Below, one piece after another: positions 36,744 through 46,402 of a stretch of 64,000 bases of DNA (within the stretch, counting starts at the first letter, position 1; each line of letters begins with the position of its first letter). The notes below the pieces were generated by a model. The model saw only the letters and a list, made by a program, of their open reading frames with translations, was not told the DNA's origin and searched no databases. Source of the DNA: a virus; IMG/VR virus record IMGVR_UViG_3300030098_007301, positions 1-64,000 of that record. One strand, 5' to 3'. The position numbers and the translations under genes were made by a program.

Positions 36744-37504
36744 TGGATTATTCTAAAATAAATATTTTTTATCCCGTTATAGGTTATACGGGCATGGTTC
36801 ATTCTGACTACATGATGAGTACGATAAACCTCATGTCAGTGTGTCGGCAAAAAAATATAAAAATTGGCCTAAGATCTATATGGTTTGAGAGCTTAATTAG
36901 TAGAGCGCGGAACGCTTCGGTTGCTTTCATGCTTAACAAAGATTATACTCATTTATTTTTTGTTGATACTGATACCCAATTTGACCCGCATGACGTTTTA
37001 AAACTTCTAGACGCGGATGAGGACGTGACTGTTGGAGTCTACCCTAAAAAATATTTTAATGGGCAAAAGATAGAGTTGATGGCCTCTACTGGGAAGCTGC
37101 CTGAATACTGGAGGCATCTTGCAACTGATTTTTCCAGCGAAATCGACTTTGAAGAATTTAAAAAAGCAAAGTCTCAGGATAAAATAGAGGCGAAATATGC
37201 AGCCACCGGATTCATGTTGATAAAACGTGAATGTATAGAAAAAATAATTGCGGCTAAACCGGAAATAAAATACACTAACGATATTGACGGATACATGGAA
37301 GCTGGCGATAATTTTTACGATATATTTAGGTGTGAAGTAAACCCGGAGACAAAAAAGTACGAAAGTGAAGATTATGGTTTTTGCAAACTTTGGAAGTCAC
37401 TTGGCGGCAAAATAAATGTAATTACTGACATAAATCTTGGGCACCGAGGATTTAATACTTATTTAGGAAACTTAAAAGCTCAATCTCAATATTATACTAA
37501 ATGA
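36743..37504 (+). CDS. GT-A-fold glycosyltransferase-like protein
   Basis: ESLISRARN, FVDTD, GVYPKK, ATGFMLIKR, SEDYGFC; ATG overlaps the nrdA stop. Confidence 0.7.
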   Translation: MDYSKINIFYPVIGYTGMVHSDYMMSTINLMSVCRQKNIKIGLRSIWFESLISRARNASVAFMLNKDYTHLFFVDTDTQFDPHDVLKLLDADEDVTVGVYPKKYFNGQKIELMASTGKLPEYWRHLATDFSSEIDFEEFKKAKSQDKIEAKYAATGFMLIKRECIEKIIAAKPEIKYTNDIDGYMEAGDNFYDIFRCEVNPETKKYESEDYGFCKLWKSLGGKINVITDINLGHRGFNTYLGNLKAQSQYYTK

Positions 37505-38517
37505 ACGACTCAAAAACTGGAAATATATTAGGAAAAGACGTAGCTGGGGTTAATTGCATTTTACCCCACAAACATAAAACCGCGTGGGACTTGTTTTTAA
37601 AAGGCTGCGCTAATAACTGGATGCCAACGGAGATATCAATGGCAGACGACATCAAACAATGGAAAAATGGAGACATAACAGATGATGAAAAACTTTTGGT
37701 TAAACGTTCGCTTGGCTTTTTTGCTGGCAGTGAATCTCTCGTTGGTAACAACCTTTTGCTTAGCGGCTTTAGGTATATTACTGATGCTGAATGTCGCCAG
37801 TATATTTTACGACAAGCGTTTGAGGAAAGCCTTCATAATCTTACTATTGTTTACGTTTGCGATTCTTTGGATCTTAAAATAGATGAAGTATATCAAGCTT
37901 ATTTAAATATTCCATCTATCAAGGCCAAAGATGACTTTCTAATGAGCATTACTACTGACCTAAGTAGGCCAGACTTTAATCCTTATACTCAAGAAGGCAA
38001 AAAAGAGATTTTAAGAAATTTCATTACCTATTGGATTGTCTGCGAAGGTATCTTTTTCTTTAGTGGATTTGCAATGCTGCTAGCCCTTGGTCGCCAAAAT
38101 AAAATGCAGGGCGTCGCTGACCAAATTAAATATACCCTCCGCGACGAAAGCTCTCATATTCAGTTCGGCACTTATGTTATTAATCAGATTATAGAGCAGA
38201 ATCCTAAAATCTGGACTAAATCGTTCCAGCAAGAAATAACTGAACATATACAAAAGGCTGTACAGCTTGAAATAGCATACGCTAAAGATGTATTACCTAG
38301 GGGGATTCTTGGTCTTAATGCTGAAATGTTTGTAGATTACATGCACTACATTGGCAATCGTAGGTTAGAAGGCGTTGGCCTTGAATATAGGTTTGAATCG
38401 GATAAAAATCCATTCCCTTGGCTCGGAGAAGTAGTTGACGTTCAAGCTATGGGTAACTTTTTTGAGCGCCGAGTAAGAGAATATCAACAATCTGGTTCCC
38501 TTGAGGATGACTTTTAA
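37501..38517 (+). CDS. nrdB: Ribonucleotide reductase beta subunit, class Ic (R2c)-like
   Basis: WMPTE, GFFAGSESLVGNN, RQAFEESLH, EGIFF, RDESSH, NFFERRVREY. Confidence 0.93.
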   Translation: MNDSKTGNILGKDVAGVNCILPHKHKTAWDLFLKGCANNWMPTEISMADDIKQWKNGDITDDEKLLVKRSLGFFAGSESLVGNNLLLSGFRYITDAECRQYILRQAFEESLHNLTIVYVCDSLDLKIDEVYQAYLNIPSIKAKDDFLMSITTDLSRPDFNPYTQEGKKEILRNFITYWIVCEGIFFFSGFAMLLALGRQNKMQGVADQIKYTLRDESSHIQFGTYVINQIIEQNPKIWTKSFQQEITEHIQKAVQLEIAYAKDVLPRGILGLNAEMFVDYMHYIGNRRLEGVGLEYRFESDKNPFPWLGEVVDVQAMGNFFERRVREYQQSGSLEDDF

Positions 38518-38538
38518 TGTAACATCCTATATACAACA

Positions 38539-38733
38539 ATGTCAAGATTCAAATTCTCCAACGAGTCTTTCATGTTGGGCCAAATTTCTTGTGAAATGAT
38601 TGCCCTGTCTCAACATCTAAATGAAAATCACGGACAAAAGCTTAACGGCGAATTAGTTGAATTAGACAAAATAATAAATAGAGTTAATAGAGTTAAAGAG
38701 ATAATGCTAAAAAAGGACAAAGATGATGCCTAA
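38539..38733 (+). CDS. Hypothetical protein
   Basis: 64 aa ORF. Confidence 0.55.
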   Translation: MSRFKFSNESFMLGQISCEMIALSQHLNENHGQKLNGELVELDKIINRVNRVKEIMLKKDKDDA

Positions 38734-38923
38734 TATATCTGAATTTGAAAGAAATAAACCGATAAAAACTCATAAATCTATTATGGAGGCCAAGGAAAAA
38801 TACGAAAAATTAGTAAAATCCACCGTGGTCATGGAAGACACTGACGCGGTACGCGTTGAAATGGCAAACTGTATTCTCAAAGACCTCAAAGAAATTTATA
38901 AAAATTTCATAGCTGGATTATAA
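38723..38923 (+). CDS. Hypothetical protein
   Basis: 66 aa ORF. Confidence 0.55.
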   Translation: MMPNISEFERNKPIKTHKSIMEAKEKYEKLVKSTVVMEDTDAVRVEMANCILKDLKEIYKNFIAGL

Positions 38924-38930
38924 TATTCAT

Positions 38931-39146
38931 ATGAATAATCATATCAAGATTATGCTGGAATCCCAAAGGAGATGCGCCTCTGCCATTCAAGATGCAGCAA
39001 ATGATGCTAGAACAGCGGCCGATGCTTCGGCTCAAGAGGCTAAGGATTTTGAAGAAATGGCTCAAGAAGCAGCAAATAGGGCTGTCGAGGCTAACGAAAG
39101 GGTCAAGAAGCTTGAGGCTAAATTAACTGCTTCTACAATAGAATAA
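38931..39146 (+). CDS. Ala-rich coiled-coil protein
   Basis: 71 aa; TATAAT 6 nt upstream of the ATG. Confidence 0.6.
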   Translation: MNNHIKIMLESQRRCASAIQDAANDARTAADASAQEAKDFEEMAQEAANRAVEANERVKKLEAKLTASTIE

Positions 39147-39459
39147 TCTTATTTTCTATTTTTTCGATTAAGTCTTCTTGGTTTTCAAATCTTATAAATT
39201 TAGTAATTATTGTTGACCTTTGACTCCGTACTTTAATATCAAGACCTAACCCGCTTTCCTCCAATGGGATAACTATATCAGAAATGAAATCAAACATACC
39301 TCTTTTTCGCATAAATTCCCAATATATATCTTTCATTTCTGTCTCGCATTCAAGAAGTACGCTCATACCGCAGTCTAATTTAGCGCAAGAAAGTACGTAC
39401 CTAAACGGAAGAGATTCCGTAGGAGGCTCGCACAAAGGAGCATGAACTAATAAGTTCAT
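39133..39459 (-). CDS. Hypothetical protein
   Basis: Start moved to MNLLVH, which has GTGTAAT 14 nt upstream and avoids overlap with ppa. Confidence 0.6.
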   Translation of the reverse strand: MNLLVHAPLCEPPTESLPFRYVLSCAKLDCGMSVLLECETEMKDIYWEFMRKRGMFDFISDIVIPLEESGLGLDIKVRSQRSTIITKFIRFENQEDLIEKIENKIILL

Positions 39460-39475
39460 ATAAAGTATTACACTT

Positions 39476-40021
39476 ATGACGCAAAGAAATCTAGTAAATG
39501 ACATTCCGATCACAAAAGATGGATTTGCTCATGTAAGCTGCATCGTAGAAATCCCAAAAGGGACTAATACTAAATACGAATATAATGAAAATTATGATAT
39601 TTTTGAATTAGAGAGGTGCTTAGTTTCGTCCTTACAATACCCGATTAACTACGGACTCATAACTCAAACATTTGCCTTGGATAAAGATCCGTTAGACGTT
39701 TTAATATTTAATCACGACCCCATAGACAGGGGAAGTTTGGTCAGATGTAGGGTTTTGGGGGTTCTAGACTTTGTAGATAATGATGAAATAGATTACAAAG
39801 TTATAGCTGTGCCTCATTGGGCTCCAAAAAGCCGCTACCCAAGGCTAAATTCAATAGAGCCAGAACATCTTAAAATATTTAAGCAATTTTTTCGCATTTA
39901 CAAAATAGACAGAGCCAGCACTGTTAAAGTTGGCGAATGGAAAAACGGTAAAAAGGCTACAACGGTAGTTTTGGACGCTCACAATAGATGGCAAGAAAGA
40001 CAAAAAAATGGGAATGTTTGA
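39476..40021 (+). CDS. ppa: Family I inorganic pyrophosphatase
   Basis: VEIPKG..KYE, YPINYG, DKDPLDV, DYKVIAV, FF..YK. Confidence 0.92.
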   Translation: MTQRNLVNDIPITKDGFAHVSCIVEIPKGTNTKYEYNENYDIFELERCLVSSLQYPINYGLITQTFALDKDPLDVLIFNHDPIDRGSLVRCRVLGVLDFVDNDEIDYKVIAVPHWAPKSRYPRLNSIEPEHLKIFKQFFRIYKIDRASTVKVGEWKNGKKATTVVLDAHNRWQERQKNGNV

Positions 40022-40649
40022 TGATATAATTGTACCGAAGTCTTACCTAAAAGGCTTGTTAACAAAAGACCAAGAGAAACTCTTGAAGGGCTCTAGTCGC
40101 TATGGCGGGTCGGTCAGGGGTATCCAGTTTCAAACTAAGTGTTTGGAAAATGCACTCGATCAATACAAAATTTATAAACAGAACCTTTTTATAAATGACA
40201 AGTCTTCATGGAATTGCGAACCCTCAAGCACAGAACAAATAACTGAAGATACCCCCAAAAAATATCCTTACGAAAAAGGCCGCTGGAATAAGGTAGGTCA
40301 TAACGGGGGCGTAAATTTCTATACATCATTTTATGATGAAGATGAAAATGTTTGGTGGGCTGAGTTTAAATTTATTTTTACGAATGGAGTCATAGATAAA
40401 AAAGAATTAATTAAATTCGAAATACAGGAAACTGCTGAAGAAGCAGAGGAGCGAGAAAAAGACTGGGAGGCAGCTAACGCTAAAAAGAGATTATTCCAAC
40501 GAACTTTTAGATATAAATTCTTTTCTAAGCTTACTAAATTGTTAAGAAAACTTTTAAACTGGTCAGAACAAAAGACTTATGTAAACTATATCTCGATGCC
40601 AGCAGAAAAAAGAGAAAAAGAGAAACTTAGCTTCTGGAAGCATTCATGA
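40008..40649 (+). CDS. Phage hypothetical protein
   Basis: MGMFD...FQTK...FTNG pattern. Confidence 0.65.
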   Translation: MGMFDDIIVPKSYLKGLLTKDQEKLLKGSSRYGGSVRGIQFQTKCLENALDQYKIYKQNLFINDKSSWNCEPSSTEQITEDTPKKYPYEKGRWNKVGHNGGVNFYTSFYDEDENVWWAEFKFIFTNGVIDKKELIKFEIQETAEEAEEREKDWEAANAKKRLFQRTFRYKFFSKLTKLLRKLLNWSEQKTYVNYISMPAEKREKEKLSFWKHS

Positions 40650-40870
40650 GCATACCTCAAAAAGGGTATAAGGAACTAAAAGAAGATTGCCCGCCTATTC
40701 CCGGCAACACTTGCCCTCACATAGATAAAGCTCAAAAATACCTAGAAGGCTTAAGAGACCAAAATGAAGCGCTTCGAGACATTGGTAAATACTGGAGAGC
40801 TACGGCTATTAACTTACTTCAAGAGTGCTGCGATTTAAACAAGTGTATAAAAGAATTAGAAGATGAATGA
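40646..40870 (+). CDS. Hypothetical protein
   Basis: TCPHID...LRDQNEALRD.G.YW. Confidence 0.6.
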   Translation: MSIPQKGYKELKEDCPPIPGNTCPHIDKAQKYLEGLRDQNEALRDIGKYWRATAINLLQECCDLNKCIKELEDE

Positions 40871-41142
40871 AAAAAGGGTTTACAGTATTGGAGTTTTTAT
40901 TAGCCATTACTGTTATGTTGTTACTAGTTTCTTTATCTTTACAAAGTTATGCAAATGCGAAGCGCCAAGCCAGAATTGCTGCGTGTAAAGTATATAGAAA
41001 ACAAATAGAAACTTTTCACGAAATGCCAGAATATCGCTTACCAACCATATCGGACTCCGACATTAAAGCTTTAGTGAAGACTTACGATCAATGTTACCAA
41101 TGCCACACAACAGCAAGAATCCCTTATTATTACGCAGAATGA
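40867..41142 (+). CDS. Prepilin-type N-terminal cleavage/methylation protein with CxxCH motif
   Basis: MKKG/FTVLE plus hydrophobic helix plus AKRQARIAAC; CYQCH near the C-terminus. Confidence 0.8.
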   Translation: MKKGFTVLEFLLAITVMLLLVSLSLQSYANAKRQARIAACKVYRKQIETFHEMPEYRLPTISDSDIKALVKTYDQCYQCHTTARIPYYYAE

Positions 41143-41810
41143 AAATATTAATATTTATCCTACTCGCCCCAGCGCTCTACGCACAGACAACTCGATACGA
41201 TAAAATAGTTGAAAGAAACGCTTTCTCTCTCCTAGATAAGCCTCCCGCCAAAGTTGAACTGCCGAAGCTTCTAGAGAAACCGCCTGTTACATTAAATCTT
41301 ACAGGTATTATGACAAGAAGAGGCGTGACTAACGTTTATTTGTTTTCAAAAGATATTCCTAAAAGATTCTTAACTCTTTCTACCAAAAAAAGGACGGATA
41401 GCGGAGTAACTCTTTTAAGCGTAGAGAGAGGTTTAGTGGAGGTAAATAATAACGGCGTAACGGAGCTTCTCTCTTTTGAGACTCATAAGCTGCCCTCTAC
41501 AATTACATTACCCGCCCTCAATACTAAACCGACAGTTGTGAAGAAGAAGGACGATAAAGGTAAATCCACCAAAGTAGCACCGCCAAAACCTAAGGCAAAC
41601 ATAGTTACTGTCCCCTCTAGACGGCCAAAAATAGACCCAAGGATTATTCAAAAAGGGTTGGAGTACATAGACAGAATAGATGATAAAGAAAAAAGAGAAT
41701 ATATCCTTCAAAGATTAGAAAGGCTTCAGAGCGGCCAAGACAAACTGGACAGAAAAATTGACTCTAACGAGAGACGCAGGCAGTATGACGAGCGGCGCCG
41801 AGACAAATGA
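41139..41810 (+). CDS. Secreted protein, GspC/PilP-like (tentative)
   Basis: Signal peptide MKILIFILLAPALYA; YDKIVERNAF..PP..LNLTGI; 4-bp overlap with the pilin-like gene. Confidence 0.5.
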   Translation: MKILIFILLAPALYAQTTRYDKIVERNAFSLLDKPPAKVELPKLLEKPPVTLNLTGIMTRRGVTNVYLFSKDIPKRFLTLSTKKRTDSGVTLLSVERGLVEVNNNGVTELLSFETHKLPSTITLPALNTKPTVVKKKDDKGKSTKVAPPKPKANIVTVPSRRPKIDPRIIQKGLEYIDRIDDKEKREYILQRLERLQSGQDKLDRKIDSNERRRQYDERRRDK

Positions 41811-42016
41811 AAATCCCTAAACATAATTTAATAGAGTTTGTTAACTTAGTTAACGAGTGCTGCGCTGTCATGGATCATGACTATGTAGGTGAGTGGATAA
41901 ATAAACCCAATCCAGATTTAAACATGGATACGCCCATGGATATATTTAATAATGAAGGAGCGGAGCGCATTTACAGGCTCCTTTATTTTATTGATATTGG
42001 AGAAGCAGACCTTTAG
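41807..42016 (+). CDS. MbcA/ParS/Xre antitoxin C-terminal-domain-like protein
   Basis: WINKPNPDL...TPMDIF...GAERIYRLL matches the WLxxPNxAL..TPLELL..G.ERV..LL pattern. Confidence 0.65.
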   Translation: MKIPKHNLIEFVNLVNECCAVMDHDYVGEWINKPNPDLNMDTPMDIFNNEGAERIYRLLYFIDIGEADL

Positions 42017-45000
42017 GGCTTAGGTACGCTATTTATTACCATTGTGCTTCCGTCTGGGAATTTAGTTCTAGTAACTAGGAACACAGTTCCATTCACTGTC
42101 TCTTCTATGGTATAGTTAACAGTTGCATCAGCGGTGGCCCTAGGCTCAGGGATGCCTTCTGGTATAACTTGATAATCTATAGCTTCTGGAGATAACAATA
42201 CTTCAAAAGATTTGTACGGGACTCCACTCTGAGTCAATCTAGGAGCACCCGTAGGACTAAGTCCAGTGTGGTAAACTGAAACCGAAGCTCCTGAACCATT
42301 TAAAGTTATAGAATTCATTCCTAAAACGTCTGGAGCCCCTACCTCCAACTCCGAAGAAGTCCCTGTAAAATTAACTGAAGCGCCCTGTTCTCCATTAGAA
42401 AATGTTATGTCTGTTATTTCGTCTAATTTATGTCCACTTAGACGAATACTAGTTCCCGGCGCCCCTCTTAGAGGGCCGTATCCTGTCACATAAAAACAAT
42501 CACCAGTATTTACGAAATCTCTAGCATAAGACGTTACTTTTTTATTAGTTATTTTATTTGCAAATTCATCTATTCCAGATTCAGGGAATTTAAAGTCATC
42601 ATAACCTAACACATTAAAAGAATTAACTGGCTCTAAATATGAACCTGTGTTTATTAAACTAAAATTCAATTCCGTATCCTTAAACCAAGGGTCTAATATA
42701 TATATCCTTCCCGACCCTAATAAATCAAGAGGAGATGTTAACTCTATTTCAGAATAAAAAGTATTAGCTACCCCTCCTATTGTAGCAAGACCTGTAGAAT
42801 ATTTATCTATAGGAATAGTTGATTGAATGAAACTGTTTTCAGTATTATCCATGCCTGAATCTGGAACATTTAATATAGAAACGCCAGAGAATGCCACGAG
42901 GCCTAACCCCGACCCCGACATTTCAGAATCGATCAACTGCTCGTCAAAAGTATTTATTCCTGTAACAGTAATTTTTGTTCCCTTTTCAACAAAGAAAGTA
43001 TTATCGTCAGACTTAGCCAAACCCCCGTCTATTCCTGTCACTACTCCTATTGGATAAAATCCACTAGCTTCTATTTGGTTTTGCCTCCCTGACAGTTTAA
43101 TATCCCCATGGTAAATACCAGTAGGGACTCGAACTGAAATTTTTTCTACCCCATTAGCTATCAAGCTCTCAACGTGCGGTTGCACAGTAACATGTCCTCC
43201 AGTAGGATAAGGAAAAAGCACGTCCATGCCAGTTATATTAAATCCAGTAACATCAATGCTTTCATTTGGTATCGCAAAATTATTAAATCCAGAAACTGAT
43301 ATTAAATTTATACCTGTTGAATTACTTTCAGTGAGGCGCCCAAAAGAATCTAAAAGCTGAAATTTTCCGCTCTCACCGTTTATCGACCCGGGGACATTAA
43401 ACCTTAAAGAGTTATACCTTTGAGAAGTAAAAGAATTAAAATCAAAATAATCCGATTCTCCCGAGAATCTAACTCCCGTGACTAAATCCATTCCAGCTCC
43501 GGATATAGTTATCTGATCGTTAGATTTAAAAACTTGAGAATAATCAATTATAGCCGGTTTTACTTCCCCGCTATAATATCCACTAATACTCGGCTTACTT
43601 GGGGCTACAGCCAGAAAACCTGTCGTTTCTAGTATGCCGCCACTAGTATTAACACTAATTGTGTTTGTTTGAGTGTTCTCAGGTACAACAAAATTAAAAC
43701 CTGTTGTAGAGTTTTGGTTTATTTGCGAGACTATAGTATCTCCTATTTTTAACCCATTAGAAACAATGTTCTCAAAATGTCCAGACATAGTGACGGTATC
43801 ACCAAACTCAACGGACTCTGGCTCAAATCCACTTAGGAATGGAGGAGTTAACGCTGTAATGTCTGCATCGCTATCGGTAAGATTGCTTCTGCCTCTCCTA
43901 TTCCTAGCCAAAACCTTGAAGTTAACGCCACTAGGAAAAGAGTCGGGGTATTGAAATTTAATTTGACTATGGTTAGTGTTATTATATCCGCTAGAGGGGA
44001 GCTTTTGAAAAAGCGCATAGCTTCCGAGTCCAGCACCCCCTGTCCACAGCTCGGCTCCTGCTCCGGTATACAAACAGGTCCCCAACATCAAACCCGTTCT
44101 TCCGGGTACTACCTCAGTATCGGGATCTATAGATGTTACAGTGGGAATACCAAAAGAAAAGAATCCATTGGTTCCAGTTACTGAGCCAAAATGCCCAGAT
44201 AACACAACGTCATAAGACTCTCCTAAAGTTCCAAGAGTAGCGGCATTCCCTATTTGAAAACTAAGCTCAAATCCCGGTGTAATCTCAGCTATATTTCCTG
44301 CGCTATATGTCCCTGCCCCAACATTAGAAGAAGCATTTAACAACATATTTACCCCAGTGATGCTGTATAAATTCTTACCACTAATAGTAACAAAATCTCC
44401 AACTACCCCAGATGATGGCGATATTCCATCTATAATAGGCAAACCTATAGTAGGCGTAAAATGGACATTAGAAGGATAAGACTCTGGATAATTATCTGAA
44501 AAGAAGCTAACGACTCCAGAAGATATAGTTGGGTCACTTGAAACGTTACCCCCAGACACCTGTATATTTATACCTGTAGGAATTAATCCTGAAGCGACTT
44601 TATCACTTAATAATTTAAACTCACCCGTTTCTCCCATTACCGTTCCAAGATAATTAGAGCCGGTTTCATATAAAATATCCCCAACAAAATTGTCCCCCGA
44701 GACTAATAAGAAAGTTCCTGTTGATCCCGCGGGTTTAGCAGAAGAAACTCCAACCTGAGAGAACCCTACTCCAGTAATCGTAGCTAAAGGAGAGAGCGCA
44801 AATTTTTGATCCATCTGAGTGAATTGCCCGCTCCTTAACAACAAATCAGCTTGACCCCTTATATTTCCAGATGGAATTTTCACGGTCGCTGTGTTAGCAG
44901 TCAATGTTACGCCTGATATCAAATCGTCATTACTAGCAAACCTTACTCCTGTAACGCCGCTTAAAGAAAACCCTGTTATAGACAAATCTTCACCGGAAGA

Positions 45001-45528
45001 TAATTGAAAAGAACTTAATCCTGACACTTCGGGTATAGGAACAAACTCATCCACGCTAAGCCCACTTGCTAGAGACTGGTTATTGTTTAGGCCCGTTCGC
45101 AGGGCAGAAAAAACTGTGACTCCATCGTAATCAGCATCTTGAGGAATTATAGCCTCAACTGTTTCCGAGTCTACCAAATTAAAGCTAGCTTCCACTTCCC
45201 CGAATTTAACATTCGTTATTTGGTAAAAGTTTTCGCCAGTGACTGAATATAGGCTTCCCGCCTTACCACTAATATTAGGAAGTTTTCCTACTGTTACTTG
45301 GTCATTCGAAGTTAAGATGATATATTTTTCACCTAAAGAAAATTGCCCATGAGAAGTAGACGCTATTACATCACTCGTAAAAGCGTTTATAGGAACTGTT
45401 CCTGAAACTCCCGTAGTGCCTACATATTGCAAATCCTCAACAAATATATCTCCAAATCTAAGGTCGTCGATCAAGTTCATGTTTTGACCTGATATTTCAA
45501 ACTTCGTATTTGGAGTTAAATATGCCAT
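42013..45528 (-). CDS. Virion protein with IPT/TIG (Ig-like) repeats
   Basis: Repeated P.I.GI.P.SG..GD.VTISG.NL..ITGV.F units; S/T/G-rich. Confidence 0.7.
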   Translation of the reverse strand: MAYLTPNTKFEISGQNMNLIDDLRFGDIFVEDLQYVGTTGVSGTVPINAFTSDVIASTSHGQFSLGEKYIILTSNDQVTVGKLPNISGKAGSLYSVTGENFYQITNVKFGEVEASFNLVDSETVEAIIPQDADYDGVTVFSALRTGLNNNQSLASGLSVDEFVPIPEVSGLSSFQLSSGEDLSITGFSLSGVTGVRFASNDDLISGVTLTANTATVKIPSGNIRGQADLLLRSGQFTQMDQKFALSPLATITGVGFSQVGVSSAKPAGSTGTFLLVSGDNFVGDILYETGSNYLGTVMGETGEFKLLSDKVASGLIPTGINIQVSGGNVSSDPTISSGVVSFFSDNYPESYPSNVHFTPTIGLPIIDGISPSSGVVGDFVTISGKNLYSITGVNMLLNASSNVGAGTYSAGNIAEITPGFELSFQIGNAATLGTLGESYDVVLSGHFGSVTGTNGFFSFGIPTVTSIDPDTEVVPGRTGLMLGTCLYTGAGAELWTGGAGLGSYALFQKLPSSGYNNTNHSQIKFQYPDSFPSGVNFKVLARNRRGRSNLTDSDADITALTPPFLSGFEPESVEFGDTVTMSGHFENIVSNGLKIGDTIVSQINQNSTTGFNFVVPENTQTNTISVNTSGGILETTGFLAVAPSKPSISGYYSGEVKPAIIDYSQVFKSNDQITISGAGMDLVTGVRFSGESDYFDFNSFTSQRYNSLRFNVPGSINGESGKFQLLDSFGRLTESNSTGINLISVSGFNNFAIPNESIDVTGFNITGMDVLFPYPTGGHVTVQPHVESLIANGVEKISVRVPTGIYHGDIKLSGRQNQIEASGFYPIGVVTGIDGGLAKSDDNTFFVEKGTKITVTGINTFDEQLIDSEMSGSGLGLVAFSGVSILNVPDSGMDNTENSFIQSTIPIDKYSTGLATIGGVANTFYSEIELTSPLDLLGSGRIYILDPWFKDTELNFSLINTGSYLEPVNSFNVLGYDDFKFPESGIDEFANKITNKKVTSYARDFVNTGDCFYVTGYGPLRGAPGTSIRLSGHKLDEITDITFSNGEQGASVNFTGTSSELEVGAPDVLGMNSITLNGSGASVSVYHTGLSPTGAPRLTQSGVPYKSFEVLLSPEAIDYQVIPEGIPEPRATADATVNYTIEETVNGTVFLVTRTKFPDGSTMVINSVPKP

Positions 45529-45531
45529 TTT

Positions 45532-46401
45532 TTATCCTTGAAATTCTGTGCTCCCCATCCCCACGTTACCCGCCCCCACGGAGCCATAGCTAAAAAATCC
45601 TTCTGGTACTACTATTTTAATTTGACTATCGTTTTGTATCACATTAATTGTTTGTTTTATATAATCTCCAGCGGCCGAAGCTAGATTCCTAGATTGCATT
45701 ACTCCGGAGCAGGAAAAAGTATCTAAAACCGCGTCGCTACTATATCCCCTCAAGTTAGCCTCTAGTTTTACGTTGCTCCCATCTACAGGTAAATTACCTG
45801 TAGGGTTATCTATTTCAAAGTTCATGCTAACAGTTTTTTTACCGAAGCTAATACTGCTAGGTTTTGTTTCTTCCGCTAAATAAACTGGAGCTACTTCTGA
45901 ATTATAATTGTAAGAACCGGCTACAAAACTGTCAACTTCATCTGTCTCAAAGGCTGAAATTATATTTATTCTAGATGAATTTAAAACAGTAGCAGGCGAC
46001 ACCTGCTCTTCAGTTCTCTCAAAAACTCCTTGAAGATCATCAAAAAATGCTATACTAACACTAGCGGCTATAGGCTGATTTGGAGAAAAATTTACGCTAT
46101 AAGAAGTTAAATACCCACTGTCAAAATTCAATCCTCCAAAATTACCCGATATTATTTGACTCTCTTCTTGAGGTACTTCTCCTTGACCAGTAATAAAGGT
46201 TTTGAAATAATCATTACCGGTTAAAAAATATGCAAATGTTAATGAGCCCCCAATACCATTAGATGCTATATAAGAATTTGTATTTCTATCCCCTATTACA
46301 TAGTTAGCCTCCAAACTCGCGTTAAGAGACATTTCAGCATTGGAAGCTAAAATTTCGTTTCCGTTGATCTTAAGAAGTGCGTTGTTAGCTGAATAAAACA
46401 C
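45532..46401 (-). CDS. Putative tail tube-like structural protein
   Basis: YLTSYSVN motif; related to the two adjacent ORFs. Confidence 0.45.
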   Translation of the reverse strand: MFYSANNALLKINGNEILASNAEMSLNASLEANYVIGDRNTNSYIASNGIGGSLTFAYFLTGNDYFKTFITGQGEVPQEESQIISGNFGGLNFDSGYLTSYSVNFSPNQPIAASVSIAFFDDLQGVFERTEEQVSPATVLNSSRINIISAFETDEVDSFVAGSYNYNSEVAPVYLAEETKPSSISFGKKTVSMNFEIDNPTGNLPVDGSNVKLEANLRGYSSDAVLDTFSCSGVMQSRNLASAAGDYIKQTINVIQNDSQIKIVVPEGFFSYGSVGAGNVGMGSTEFQG

Positions 46402-46402
46402 A

